Source: Rhodospirillales bacterium
Lineage (GTDB): Bacteria > Pseudomonadota > Alphaproteobacteria > Bin95
Reading direction: 5' to 3'
Assembly (NCBI GenBank): GCA_038143065.1
Contig: JAYQLI010000035.1
Coordinates: 2,048,894 to 2,112,893 of the forward strand
DNA length: 64,000 nt
Of this stretch, positions 20,596 through 29,504 are shown piece by piece (within the stretch, counting starts at the first letter, position 1; every line of letters begins with the position of its first letter). The position numbers were made by a program, and so were the translations under genes. Under the pieces are notes generated by a model. The model was given only the letters and a program-made list of their open reading frames with translations. It ran no database searches and was not told where the DNA came from.

Positions 20596-21141
20596 TTATT
20601 TGAGAGTGGAAAGAGCAGTGCGAAGATAAGATAGCCCTGTCCATACAGACAGAAATGCAGCAATCCAAAGTAAGGCGCATCCAACCAAAGGCAGCCAATC
20701 ACCCAGCAGGGTCCCAGTTAAAAGGATAGCTAAGGCTGTCATTTGAACAAATGTTTTAGATTTGGCGGCATATGAAGATGTGAGGCGTGGTACATCTTTG
20801 CCGGCCATCCCTTCCCGCAGGCCAGAAATGAAGATTTCACGACCTAGTATGGCTACTGCCGGAATTAAATTCCAATCCGGTAATGAACCCAGCCACAGGA
20901 GTACGATCAGGGTGATGCAAACCTGAATTTTATCTGCAATTGGGTCCAAAATGGCCCCAAGAACGCTTTCTTGTTCCAGCCTACGAGCAAGGAAACCATC
21001 AAACCAGTCGGTTACAGCAGCTGCTATAAAAACTGCTGCGGCGCTGTAGCTACCAGCTTGGCCGTCCACTGCTGCTAGAAGCACAATGACTGGTGCGGCT
21101 AAAATTCTTGTTACTGTAAGGATATTTGGTAACGTCGTCAT
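20596..21141 (-). CDS. pgsA: CDP-diacylglycerol--glycerol-3-phosphate 3-phosphatidyltransferase
   Basis: LPNILTVTR, TDWFDGFLAR...GAILDPIADK, REIFISGLRE. Confidence 0.93.
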   Translation of the reverse strand: MTTLPNILTVTRILAAPVIVLLAAVDGQAGSYSAAAVFIAAAVTDWFDGFLARRLEQESVLGAILDPIADKIQVCITLIVLLWLGSLPDWNLIPAVAILGREIFISGLREGMAGKDVPRLTSSYAAKSKTFVQMTALAILLTGTLLGDWLPLVGCALLWIAAFLSVWTGLSYLRTALSTLK

Positions 21142-21605
21142 AGAACCTCAAAAACTGCAATTTCAGCACCGCGTGGCCGCCGTGCTGCTGTTGCAACGGC
21201 AACTACATTATTTAACCAAAGATAATTCTCTGCTCCAGTTTCAAAAGTTGGTGTGGTGCGAAATCTATAACGGCTTGGGTCTACATCTTCTCCACGATCA
21301 AGCATGGCTCCCACTTCTCTATCTGCAACCCTAACTCCACGATTATGAACGAATATCAGCCCACCATCCCCTGTTTGCAGCATGTAACGTGATTCGAGGC
21401 TTACAACTCCATCTGGTCGAATAAGTTGCCAGTCTGACCCCCCCGAAAGCACCTTTCCAGACATATTTGGTCCATCAAACCAACCACCTGTAATTTGTAT
21501 CACTCGTCTAATGCCATGGGGTGTCTCGCCAATCATCCGTGGTTTTTCTGCTTCAAGGCTGCATTCGTAAAGCAAGCGGAAATTTGGTTTTGGCAGATTA
21601 ATCAT
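21138..21605 (-). CDS. DUF3237 family protein
   Basis: ITGGWFDG, GGSDWQLIRPDG, YRFRTTPTFETG, YLWLN. Confidence 0.85.
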   Translation of the reverse strand: MINLPKPNFRLLYECSLEAEKPRMIGETPHGIRRVIQITGGWFDGPNMSGKVLSGGSDWQLIRPDGVVSLESRYMLQTGDGGLIFVHNRGVRVADREVGAMLDRGEDVDPSRYRFRTTPTFETGAENYLWLNNVVAVATAARRPRGAEIAVFEVL

Positions 21606-21620
21606 TCAGGTTTCGCCTTT

Positions 21621-21869
21621 TCAGCCCCCAGCTATTTTTGGGATAAGACAAACTTCACTGTCTGGATTAATAGGCTCTAGATAAGTGTCCTGACAGATAA
21701 CACCATCTATAGCCACGGCCATGCTTTCTTCCACCTGATTACCAAGGCCTGGATATCGACGATCAAGTTCGCGAATAAGGGCGCGAACGTTGGAGGCTTC
21801 TATCTCGACTTCTGTAATCGTTCCCATAAAAGGTCTGCACATCTGACTTGCGACAGTGACACGAGCCAT
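21621..21869 (-). CDS. MoaD/ThiS family ubiquitin-like sulfur carrier
   Basis: AVAIDG, C-terminal IPKIAGG; start at MARVTV. Confidence 0.85.
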   Translation of the reverse strand: MARVTVASQMCRPFMGTITEVEIEASNVRALIRELDRRYPGLGNQVEESMAVAIDGVICQDTYLEPINPDSEVCLIPKIAGG

Positions 21870-21885
21870 GTTGCCTTCCCCTTTC

Positions 21886-21926
21886 AAAAATAAGGCGGCA
21901 AAGCCTTACAGCATTGCCGCCTTTTT
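21886..21926. terminator. Terminator-like hairpin after the molybdoenzyme operon
   Basis: AAGGCGGCAA...TTGCCGCCTT stem with A-rich and T-rich flanks. Confidence 0.75.
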
Positions 21927-21954
21927 ACCACACTGAGAAGTTGAGCCTAAAAAA

Positions 21955-24246
21955 TCAACCTTCTGAAGCATCCAAAGCCGCTCTCACGCGGGGTGGAGAC
22001 ATTGGCAGGCTCGACATTCTAACCCCAGTGGCATTTTCCATCGCATTTGCGACGGCTGCCATTGGAGGCACAATCGGTGGCTCGCCCACTCCCTTAACAC
22101 CAAATGGGTGTCGAGGGTTTGGTACTTCAACCAAAATGGTTTCGATCATTGGTAGATCTGACGCCACAGGGATGCGGTAATCGAGGAAACCAGCATTATC
22201 GAGCCGCCCATCCTTTGTGTAGACGTATTCCTCATTAAGCGCCCAACCGATACCTTGAACAGCACCACCCTGAAGTTGCCCTTCGACGTATGATGGATGT
22301 ATTGCCTTACCAACATCCTGAATCGCAGTATAGCGAAGGACGGTGGTATGACCTGTTTCCTCATCGACTTCTAGGTCACAAATGTGAGTGGCATAGCCTG
22401 GGCCAGCACCTTGAGCATTTATAGACGCTTTTCCTGTAATTGGGCCGCCTGTGCGAGCTGATTTTCCTGCTATATCGGCAATGGTCAGGGGATCAAATTT
22501 ACCAGCATTTTCCCCAGCAGGGTGCGCTTTCCCATCTTTCCACTCGACTGCTTCGGCAGGAATTTCCCACAGGAGAGCCGCCCGTTTGCACAATTCATCT
22601 CGAACCATCTCAGCGGATTGAGTAACCGCCATACCGGTTGCAAACGTTACGCGACTTCCACCAGTTAAAAATGAGAAACCAACGGAGGTAGTGTCACCGA
22701 CAACTGTTCGGACATCTTTCACATCCATTCCGAGTACCTCGGCTGCCATCATGCCCATTGAGGCACGGCTTCCACCGATGTCTGGGTTGCCTGATACAAC
22801 GGTGATTGTTCCATCTTCGTTGACGTATGTTGCCCCTGAGCTTTCACCTCCAATGTTGAACCAGAAACCAGATGCCATACCTCGGCCTCTGCGCTTACCT
22901 GGCGCAGCATCACCTAGCGGCGAATTCCAGTGCGAAGATGATTTTGCAGCTTCGAGAGTTTCCACGAAACCAATATCTTTTAGAGTTGGGCCGTAAACCG
23001 CCTTTGTTCCGTCTTTGGCAGCGTTGATAAGGCGGAGCTCCAAAGGATCCATATCGAGCTGTTTTGCAAGCTCATCTACGGCGCTCTCTGTTGCAAAAGT
23101 AGAAACTGGTGCTCCAGGGGCCCTGTAAGCAGCTACTTTGGGTCGATTTGATACTACGTCAAAACCCCAGATGGTGACATCTGACAGATCATACATTGCA
23201 AACGGAGTCATCAAGGCAGGCCCAATCGGAGACCCTGGGAAGGCTCCAGCCTGAAGCATAACTTCGCATTCAGCTGCAACAATACGACCATTTTTGGTTG
23301 CGCCAATCTTGACATTAATTGCGCCACCAGACGTTGGTCCCGATCCTCGGAAAACTTCTTCACGTGACATAGTCATTTTGACTGGTTTGCCGCTTTTTCG
23401 TGAAAGAGCTAAAGCGAGTGGCTCCAAATACACAAGCGTTTTTCCGCCAAACCCACCACCGATTTCAAGAGGGAATACCCGGATATCAGCGATATCCATT
23501 CCAAGTAGTTTGGCACAATAGGCCCTAACCATAAACTGGCCTTGGCTTGAGCACCAAATCTGCGCTTGGCCATCTGCACCATAAGAGACAACACAGGCAT
23601 GTGGCTCGATATACGCTTGGTGCACAGGGGCAGTTTTATACTTCCGCTCAACGATTACATCGGCTTTAGAGAAGGCCGATGCAGAGTCGCCTAACTTAAA
23701 CTCCATCCGCTTGGCGACATTGGATGCTTTCGTTGGCTTAGGATCAACGCCTTGAGTGAACAGATCATCGTGGAGGATGGGTGCATCGGGTTTCATTGCC
23801 TCCTCTACGTCAATGACGTTTGGAAGGACTTCATACTCCACATTTATAAGGCGAATGGCCTCTTCAGCAATTGATGGAGAAGTAGCAGCAACTGCCGCTA
23901 CTGCGTGTCCATCATAAAGCACTTTATCTCTGGCAATGGTGTTAAGCGACATATCGCGAAAGTTAGCAGGTCCTTCCCCAACAAAAGCTTCTTCGCTTGG
24001 GATGTTAGGAAGATCGTTCGCTGTTATGACGGCTTTAACGCCCTTCAGAGCCTTGGCTTTTGAGGTATCAATGGATTTTATCCGGGCATGAGCATGCGGG
24101 CTACGCAACACCTTACCGTGAATCATACCTGCGACGCTAAAATCTGCACCAAACGCCGCACGTCCAATGACCTTCTCTACACCATCTGGCCGGATTGGCC
24201 TGGTGCCAACAACCTTAAGCTCAACATCCTTGCCGAGATAATTCAT
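21955..24246 (-). CDS. Xanthine dehydrogenase family molybdopterin-binding large subunit
   Basis: LRSPHAHARI, IGGGFGGK, AYRAPG loop, VEGQLQGG, KGVGEPP. Confidence 0.93.
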   Translation of the reverse strand: MNYLGKDVELKVVGTRPIRPDGVEKVIGRAAFGADFSVAGMIHGKVLRSPHAHARIKSIDTSKAKALKGVKAVITANDLPNIPSEEAFVGEGPANFRDMSLNTIARDKVLYDGHAVAAVAATSPSIAEEAIRLINVEYEVLPNVIDVEEAMKPDAPILHDDLFTQGVDPKPTKASNVAKRMEFKLGDSASAFSKADVIVERKYKTAPVHQAYIEPHACVVSYGADGQAQIWCSSQGQFMVRAYCAKLLGMDIADIRVFPLEIGGGFGGKTLVYLEPLALALSRKSGKPVKMTMSREEVFRGSGPTSGGAINVKIGATKNGRIVAAECEVMLQAGAFPGSPIGPALMTPFAMYDLSDVTIWGFDVVSNRPKVAAYRAPGAPVSTFATESAVDELAKQLDMDPLELRLINAAKDGTKAVYGPTLKDIGFVETLEAAKSSSHWNSPLGDAAPGKRRGRGMASGFWFNIGGESSGATYVNEDGTITVVSGNPDIGGSRASMGMMAAEVLGMDVKDVRTVVGDTTSVGFSFLTGGSRVTFATGMAVTQSAEMVRDELCKRAALLWEIPAEAVEWKDGKAHPAGENAGKFDPLTIADIAGKSARTGGPITGKASINAQGAGPGYATHICDLEVDEETGHTTVLRYTAIQDVGKAIHPSYVEGQLQGGAVQGIGWALNEEYVYTKDGRLDNAGFLDYRIPVASDLPMIETILVEVPNPRHPFGVKGVGEPPIVPPMAAVANAMENATGVRMSSLPMSPPRVRAALDASEG

Positions 24247-24250
24247 TTAG

Positions 24251-24727
24251 TTACTCTCCGCGCATTTCTGCGGCGGCGTCCATGACCGCCTCGATGATCT
24301 TGTCATATCCAGTACAACGGCAAAGATTTCCAGCCAGCCAATACCGGGCCTCTTCTTCTGTTGGGTTTGGATTTTTATCGAGTAGTGCTTTGGAAGCCAC
24401 AAGAACCCCAGGTGTGCAGAAACCACATTGAAGAGCCGCGTGCTCGAGGAATTTTTGCTGGAGTGGATGAAGTTTGTCGCCATCCGCCATCCCCTCAATT
24501 GTCATGATATCGGTACCTTCAGCTTCGGCACCGAACATGAGGCAAGAACACACAAGCCTACCGTCAACCAGGATTGAGCAAGCGCCGCAGTCCCCGGATC
24601 CACAGCCCTCCTTTGACCCAGTAAGCCCCATTTCATCGCGCAGTACATCCAGCATGGTCTGCTGGCCATCGCAGAGAAATTCTGTTTCTTCGCCATTAAT
24701 TGTCGCTGTGACATGTGATTTAGCCAT
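24251..24727 (-). CDS. XDH-family 2x[2Fe-2S] small subunit
   Basis: GCGSGDCGAC, QCGFCTPG, NLCRCTGY. Confidence 0.95.
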   Translation of the reverse strand: MAKSHVTATINGEETEFLCDGQQTMLDVLRDEMGLTGSKEGCGSGDCGACSILVDGRLVCSCLMFGAEAEGTDIMTIEGMADGDKLHPLQQKFLEHAALQCGFCTPGVLVASKALLDKNPNPTEEEARYWLAGNLCRCTGYDKIIEAVMDAAAEMRGE

Positions 24728-24730
24728 CGT

Positions 24731-25591
24731 TTAACGCTCTCCTGCGCGCTTGAATGCGATAGTGGCTGCGCGGCGCGCTAGCACACCTGCAACTTTAGTG
24801 CGGTATTCAACGGTACCACGTTTATCGTCGATTGGGTTGCAAACGGACTGGGCCGCTGCATCGAGCTTTGCGAGTGTGGCATCATCAAGACTGGTGCCAA
24901 CGATGCAGCTAGCATCCACCTCAACGATCGTTGGTGCGACCGCTCCGAGCCAAACCGTTGCTGATTTAATAGGTCCACTTGAACCATCACGAGTAATGTT
25001 AACGCCAGCTCCAACGACAGCGATGTCCATTTCTGTGCGCGGAATGAACCTAAGATAAGCGTCAGATGAATTGGCAGTTGGCTTTTTCAGCTTAAAGCAC
25101 TTGATGAATTCGCCCTTGGCTAAGTTCGTCCGACCTGGGCCAGCAGGTACTTCCGACACTTTCATTTCACGTTCGCCATTTGGGCCAACCACAACTGCTA
25201 TGGCACCTGCTGCGGCTAAGCATGGAATGCTATCTGCTGCAGGAGAGGCATTGCATAAGTTGCCTGCTAGACTTGCGCGACCTTGAACTTGAGTGGAACC
25301 TATCAATTCGGCTCCCTCGACGATGCCTGGATAGGCGGCAACTAGGCCAGCATGTTCAGCCAATTGAGCACCCGCAGTGGCTGCGCCAATCACGAAGCCA
25401 TCGGACGTTTCCTCAACACCAACAAGGCCGGGAATCTTTTTTAGGTCAACGCCTGCTGCTGGCCGGTTACGTCCGGAGTGTAATTGGACGATGAGATCCG
25501 TTCCGCCAGAAAGTGGTTTTGCGCCGTCGGCGCCTAGCATACGGACTGCCTCATCAACCGATTGAGGAGCCGCGAAAGTGGGTGCGTACAT
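24731..25591 (-). CDS. XDH-family FAD-binding medium subunit
   Basis: SGGTDL, GNLCNASPAAD, PIDDKRGTVEYR; start reassigned to MYAP. Confidence 0.92.
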   Translation of the reverse strand: MYAPTFAAPQSVDEAVRMLGADGAKPLSGGTDLIVQLHSGRNRPAAGVDLKKIPGLVGVEETSDGFVIGAATAGAQLAEHAGLVAAYPGIVEGAELIGSTQVQGRASLAGNLCNASPAADSIPCLAAAGAIAVVVGPNGEREMKVSEVPAGPGRTNLAKGEFIKCFKLKKPTANSSDAYLRFIPRTEMDIAVVGAGVNITRDGSSGPIKSATVWLGAVAPTIVEVDASCIVGTSLDDATLAKLDAAAQSVCNPIDDKRGTVEYRTKVAGVLARRAATIAFKRAGER

Positions 25592-25701
25592 AGACGTCCC
25601 TCGGTAAGATCTTATTACAAAATGCACATTACCATAAAAGTAGCTCGGTTCTGCGTGATCTCCAAGCCCATCTATGATGTATTTTATATTAAATTTGCTA
25701 C

Positions 25702-26208
25702 TCAATTTAGTGTTTCTAGATCGATCTGAGAAATTTCATGTCCAAGAGCATCCAGAAAAATAAGAAGATCGCTCTTCGCGATCGTTGTAGTCATGGTGTT
25801 AATTAGCGGGTGAAAATTCAGGGGATCAGATGCAAGTAGCCTTTTGTCAAAGTAAACTGAAATAGAACCTGCGGGCGCATTAATGAGTGCAAAGGGCGTG
25901 ACAGCACCAGGCAAGACCCCAAGCTTGTCCATGAGGAGATTTGAATTGGCAAATGAGAGGTTTCCGGCCCCGACAGCTTTGCTGAATGCCTTCAGATGCA
26001 CTGGCGCACACTCCTCGGCCACTAAAAGCCAGAATTCACCTTTTTTATTTTTTAGGAAAAGATTTTTCGCATGCCCTCCTGGCAGAGTACCGCGCATTGC
26101 ACGCGAATCTTCTACCGTATGCAGAGGGGGATGAGACACTGTAGAGTGCCTTATCCGAAGTGAATCTAGTTTTTCAAAAAGGTCTTTTGGGGTCGCATTC
26201 ATCGTCAT
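25702..26208 (-). CDS. YbaK/ProX-type prolyl-tRNA editing domain protein
   Basis: HPPLHTVE, KNLFLKNKKG, GVLPGAVTPF, NFHPLIN. Confidence 0.9.
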   Translation of the reverse strand: MTMNATPKDLFEKLDSLRIRHSTVSHPPLHTVEDSRAMRGTLPGGHAKNLFLKNKKGEFWLLVAEECAPVHLKAFSKAVGAGNLSFANSNLLMDKLGVLPGAVTPFALINAPAGSISVYFDKRLLASDPLNFHPLINTMTTTIAKSDLLIFLDALGHEISQIDLETLN

Positions 26209-26437
26209 TTTAAATGGCCTAAGGCACGCCTTACTGGATAGCAAACGCTGTAATTAAACATCTCTGCTCTTTTAAAACACAGCAAACTCCAGGAAAACTT
26301 TTTCCCCTAATAATTCTCTCAATCAAGCAAAATGCCAAAAAGATCTTGAGTGTCCATCGGCCAGGCGGATTTTAAAAAAAAGAAAAGGCCACATTTTTAA
26401 AATATCCCTTATAGCCATCTCTAAGAGAAATGATCAA

Positions 26438-28207
26438 TCACAGCGGTGCAGTAGCACTAATCAGCCAGCCGGCTTCATCATCTGATAGATGTTCGGCCAA
26501 TTCGTTGCGAACACGAGCATGGTACAAGTCTATCGCTTCAAGCTCGGTTTGTGAGAGCAGGCTGGTGTCTATAAGATTACGATCATATGGGGCAAGAGTA
26601 AGAGTTTCGAATCCATAACTCTCGTGCTCACTTCCTGGAATATCTATTTCAGTTACCAGTAGCAGGTTTTCGATCCGGATACCAAAACTACCAGCACGAT
26701 AATAACCCGGCTCGTTGGAGAGAATCATTCCAGGCGCCAAAGCAACGTTGCTCACTGCTTTTGAAACCCTATGAGGCCCCTCGTGAACGGAGAGGTAGCT
26801 GCCCACACCGTGCCCCGTCCCATGGTCAAAGTCTAAGCCTGCTTCCCATAATGGTGCCCGAGCCAACGTATCGAGTTGCGTCCCTGTTGTACCCTTAGGA
26901 AACCGAGCAGCTGATAGCGCAAGGTGACCTTTCAAAACAAGCGTGTAAGTCCTTCGCATATCTTCACTTGGCAGGCCAATTGCGATGGTCCTAGTAATGT
27001 CTGTAGTGCCGTCAAGAAATTGAGCGCCAGAATCACACAGATACAAAGAATTTCGTTGTAACTTAAACTCTTTGGCTTCGGACGCTCGGTAGTGGATGAT
27101 TGCACCGTTTTCTCCCGCACCCGAGATTGTTGGGAAGGATAGGTCCTTGAACAAATCAAGGCCTCGCCTGAAACTTTCTAGACGGTCCGAGGCTTCGATT
27201 TCAGTAACTTCCCCGGATTGTCCTTCAGTTGAAAGCCAATGCAAGAAACGAACCACAGCCTTTGCATCTCTCTTGTGGGCGGCACGAGCGCCTGAGATTT
27301 CGACTTTATTTTTAATAGCTTTCGGAAGAGCCACTGGATCTTTTCCGACAATCACATTAGCTCCGTTTGATCTAAGAATTTCTAAAGCAGCAGCAGGAGC
27401 AGATTCAGAGACTAAAATACTTTTGTCGTTATACTTTTTCAGTGAGTCAGCAAAAGAGTTGATGTGTTCAATCTTTGCGTTTTTTCCAACCCAATTTCTT
27501 GTCTGTTCATCCAGCTTATCTGGGTTTACGAACCATTGAATACCTGCATCCGAACCTAGCACTGCGAATGAAAGAGGAAGTGGAGTGTGTGCTACGTCCG
27601 ACCCTCTAACGTTCAGGATCCAAGCGATACTATCAGGTTGAGTTAAAAGAGCAGCCGTCGCTCCACTCTCGGCTATTTTACTTGCAACTTCCTCTTGCTT
27701 TTTCACAGCATCGACACCTGAAAATTCAAGTGGATGAGGAAGTATAGGAGTGGCTGGCGGAGGTGGTCGGTCAAGCCAGATTTTGTCTACAAGGTTCTGT
27801 TTCGCTGCGGCAACAGAGCCCCCTGCCTTTGCTGCAGCTTCATCAAAACGTTTCACTTCAGCTTCTGTAAGAAGCCATGGGTCGTAAGCCAAAATTTCTC
27901 CAGGAGCTAGGTTTTTTGAAACCCAATCATCAGCCGGATTTGTTACCAGATGGCAGGGCTGGAAAACGTTAAGGTCGATTTGCTCTTTAAGTTGAATAGA
28001 GTATCTTCCATCTGAGAAGACAGCAGCCTTGTCTTTCAAAATAATTGAGACGCCGGCTGACCCTGTAAAACCAGTGAGCCATGCTAATCTCGCCGCAGAT
28101 GCAGGTACATATTCACCCTGAAATTCATCTGCTCGTGGTTGTATCCAGCCATCAAATCCTGCCTCTCGTAAAGCCTGTCGGAGGCGTGAGACATGCGCCA
28201 ACGTCAT
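26438..28207 (-). CDS. Xaa-Pro aminopeptidase (aminopeptidase P, M24B)
   Basis: GFTGSAG, DSGAQFLDGTTDITRT, HGTGHGVG, HEGP, NEPGYY, GIRIEN. Confidence 0.95.
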   Translation of the reverse strand: MTLAHVSRLRQALREAGFDGWIQPRADEFQGEYVPASAARLAWLTGFTGSAGVSIILKDKAAVFSDGRYSIQLKEQIDLNVFQPCHLVTNPADDWVSKNLAPGEILAYDPWLLTEAEVKRFDEAAAKAGGSVAAAKQNLVDKIWLDRPPPPATPILPHPLEFSGVDAVKKQEEVASKIAESGATAALLTQPDSIAWILNVRGSDVAHTPLPLSFAVLGSDAGIQWFVNPDKLDEQTRNWVGKNAKIEHINSFADSLKKYNDKSILVSESAPAAALEILRSNGANVIVGKDPVALPKAIKNKVEISGARAAHKRDAKAVVRFLHWLSTEGQSGEVTEIEASDRLESFRRGLDLFKDLSFPTISGAGENGAIIHYRASEAKEFKLQRNSLYLCDSGAQFLDGTTDITRTIAIGLPSEDMRRTYTLVLKGHLALSAARFPKGTTGTQLDTLARAPLWEAGLDFDHGTGHGVGSYLSVHEGPHRVSKAVSNVALAPGMILSNEPGYYRAGSFGIRIENLLLVTEIDIPGSEHESYGFETLTLAPYDRNLIDTSLLSQTELEAIDLYHARVRNELAEHLSDDEAGWLISATAPL

Positions 28208-28222
28208 AGGTGACCCTTCAGC

Positions 28223-28259
28223 TTTGCAACGGTTGCAAATTTGTAATGCTGCATTGCAA
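28223..28259. promoter_or_regulatory. Two adjacent TGCA-rich palindromes (putative operator)
   Basis: TTTGCAAC-G-GTTGCAAA (perfect) and TTGTAATGC-T-GCATTGCAA (one mismatch) in a divergent promoter region. Confidence 0.5.
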
Positions 28260-28342
28260 CAAAAACATGCCTCATTTTCAAAAAAGCTCCTATATGTCCG
28301 TTCAATGTCAAAGTAACGCGACAGCGAATAAGGATGTTACAC

Positions 28343-28591
28343 ATGTCAACGATAAAACCAATCACCTCCTTAGAAGCTACAATTTTAGAGTGCCGCAGAC
28401 GCGATGCGCTTCAATTTACTCAGGCTTTGCTAAAGATCTGGAATTCTATTGTTGCGCCCCACAACGCTGAGTCGGATAAACTTGAGGCCGCTATTTTAGC
28501 TTGTCAAAAGAGAGATCGTGATTGCATTAAAAACGCTTTGGTGGATGTTGTGGGTGAGCCAAGTGGCCCAACAACTACTGCGCGCGCCTAA
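28343..28591 (+). CDS. Small hypothetical protein with internal duplicated motif
   Basis: AAGGA RBS 8 nt before ATG 28343; CCTATAT -10-like element upstream; LEATILECRRRD / LEAAILACQKRD. Confidence 0.6.
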   Translation: MSTIKPITSLEATILECRRRDALQFTQALLKIWNSIVAPHNAESDKLEAAILACQKRDRDCIKNALVDVVGEPSGPTTTARA

Positions 28592-29504
28592 CGGTTAAGG
28601 CTAGCCAATCACCTTTCCGTGTTCGCTTTTCCAAAGTAAGTCCGTGCGCTCTATGTGCCGCCATAACAAAGTTTTCTTGCCAGTAGAGAAATCCGGACAA
28701 AATAGCTCTCCCTCCAGGCTTTAAAGCGTTGGCCAGGTCCCCGGCCATCGACCTAAGTGGTCTCGCCAGTATATTGGCTAAGACTAAGTCAAAGGGCTCG
28801 ATGCTTTTGATTATCGGATTATTCCAACCGTTAGCCTGAATCACCCTGCAAGACACATGATTTAACTTAGCTGCTGCTTTTGCGACTATTTTAGCGCGTT
28901 CATCAATGTCTGTCATAAGAAGCTGCGGCTTAGCCACCTTAGCTGCAGCTATACCTAGCACACCTGTGCCACAGCCAAGATCGAGAACCCTTTTTGGCTG
29001 ATAACGTTTAAGAGCGGCAGTTAACGCTTCAAGGCAAGCTTTTGTTGTTTCATGTTCACCGGACCCAAAGGCTGCTCCAGCCTCAATTTCTAGATCAATA
29101 ACTCCTGGTCTCGCAGGTTCTGTTATGTGTCTTCCTCGCACACGAAAGCACCCTATCTCGATTGGAGGTAGGTTCGCTAGAACCTCAGCCTGCCAGTCGA
29201 TGTCGGGGACTTCTGAGATAAACACTTTCGGTGGCTGCTCGTTCAGACTCGCGGCTGCTATTGCTATGGTCTGTTCGATGTCAGTCTGGTTTGGCAAAGA
29301 GGTGGCTATAGCTTCAATGGTACATGCTTCTGCTAGCCACAGATCTCCAGCCCAATTTGCTGGTTCCGGTAAACCGCGTGAAATCGTAACATTGTTACTC
29401 GCTTCGGACACAGAAATTGCTTCTGAAAAAGGCTCCAGCGCCGACTCGTAAACTTCCGCTGAAACAGCTGACGTGGAGATACTTATTTTCCAGGTTGGGC
29501 TCAT
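28575..29504 (-). CDS. prmA: Ribosomal protein L11 methyltransferase
   Basis: AFGSGEHETT, LDLGCGTGVL, ANILARPL, ILSG. Confidence 0.9.
   Translation of the reverse strand: MSPTWKISISTSAVSAEVYESALEPFSEAISVSEASNNVTISRGLPEPANWAGDLWLAEACTIEAIATSLPNQTDIEQTIAIAAASLNEQPPKVFISEVPDIDWQAEVLANLPPIEIGCFRVRGRHITEPARPGVIDLEIEAGAAFGSGEHETTKACLEALTAALKRYQPKRVLDLGCGTGVLGIAAAKVAKPQLLMTDIDERAKIVAKAAAKLNHVSCRVIQANGWNNPIIKSIEPFDLVLANILARPLRSMAGDLANALKPGGRAILSGFLYWQENFVMAAHRAHGLTLEKRTRKGDWLALTVRRAQ

Noticed and set aside
21955-25591. Aerobic CO dehydrogenase (coxMSL)
   Set aside because: The active-site loop is AYRAPG, without the Cu-binding Cys of AYxCSFR, and no coxDEFG genes are present.
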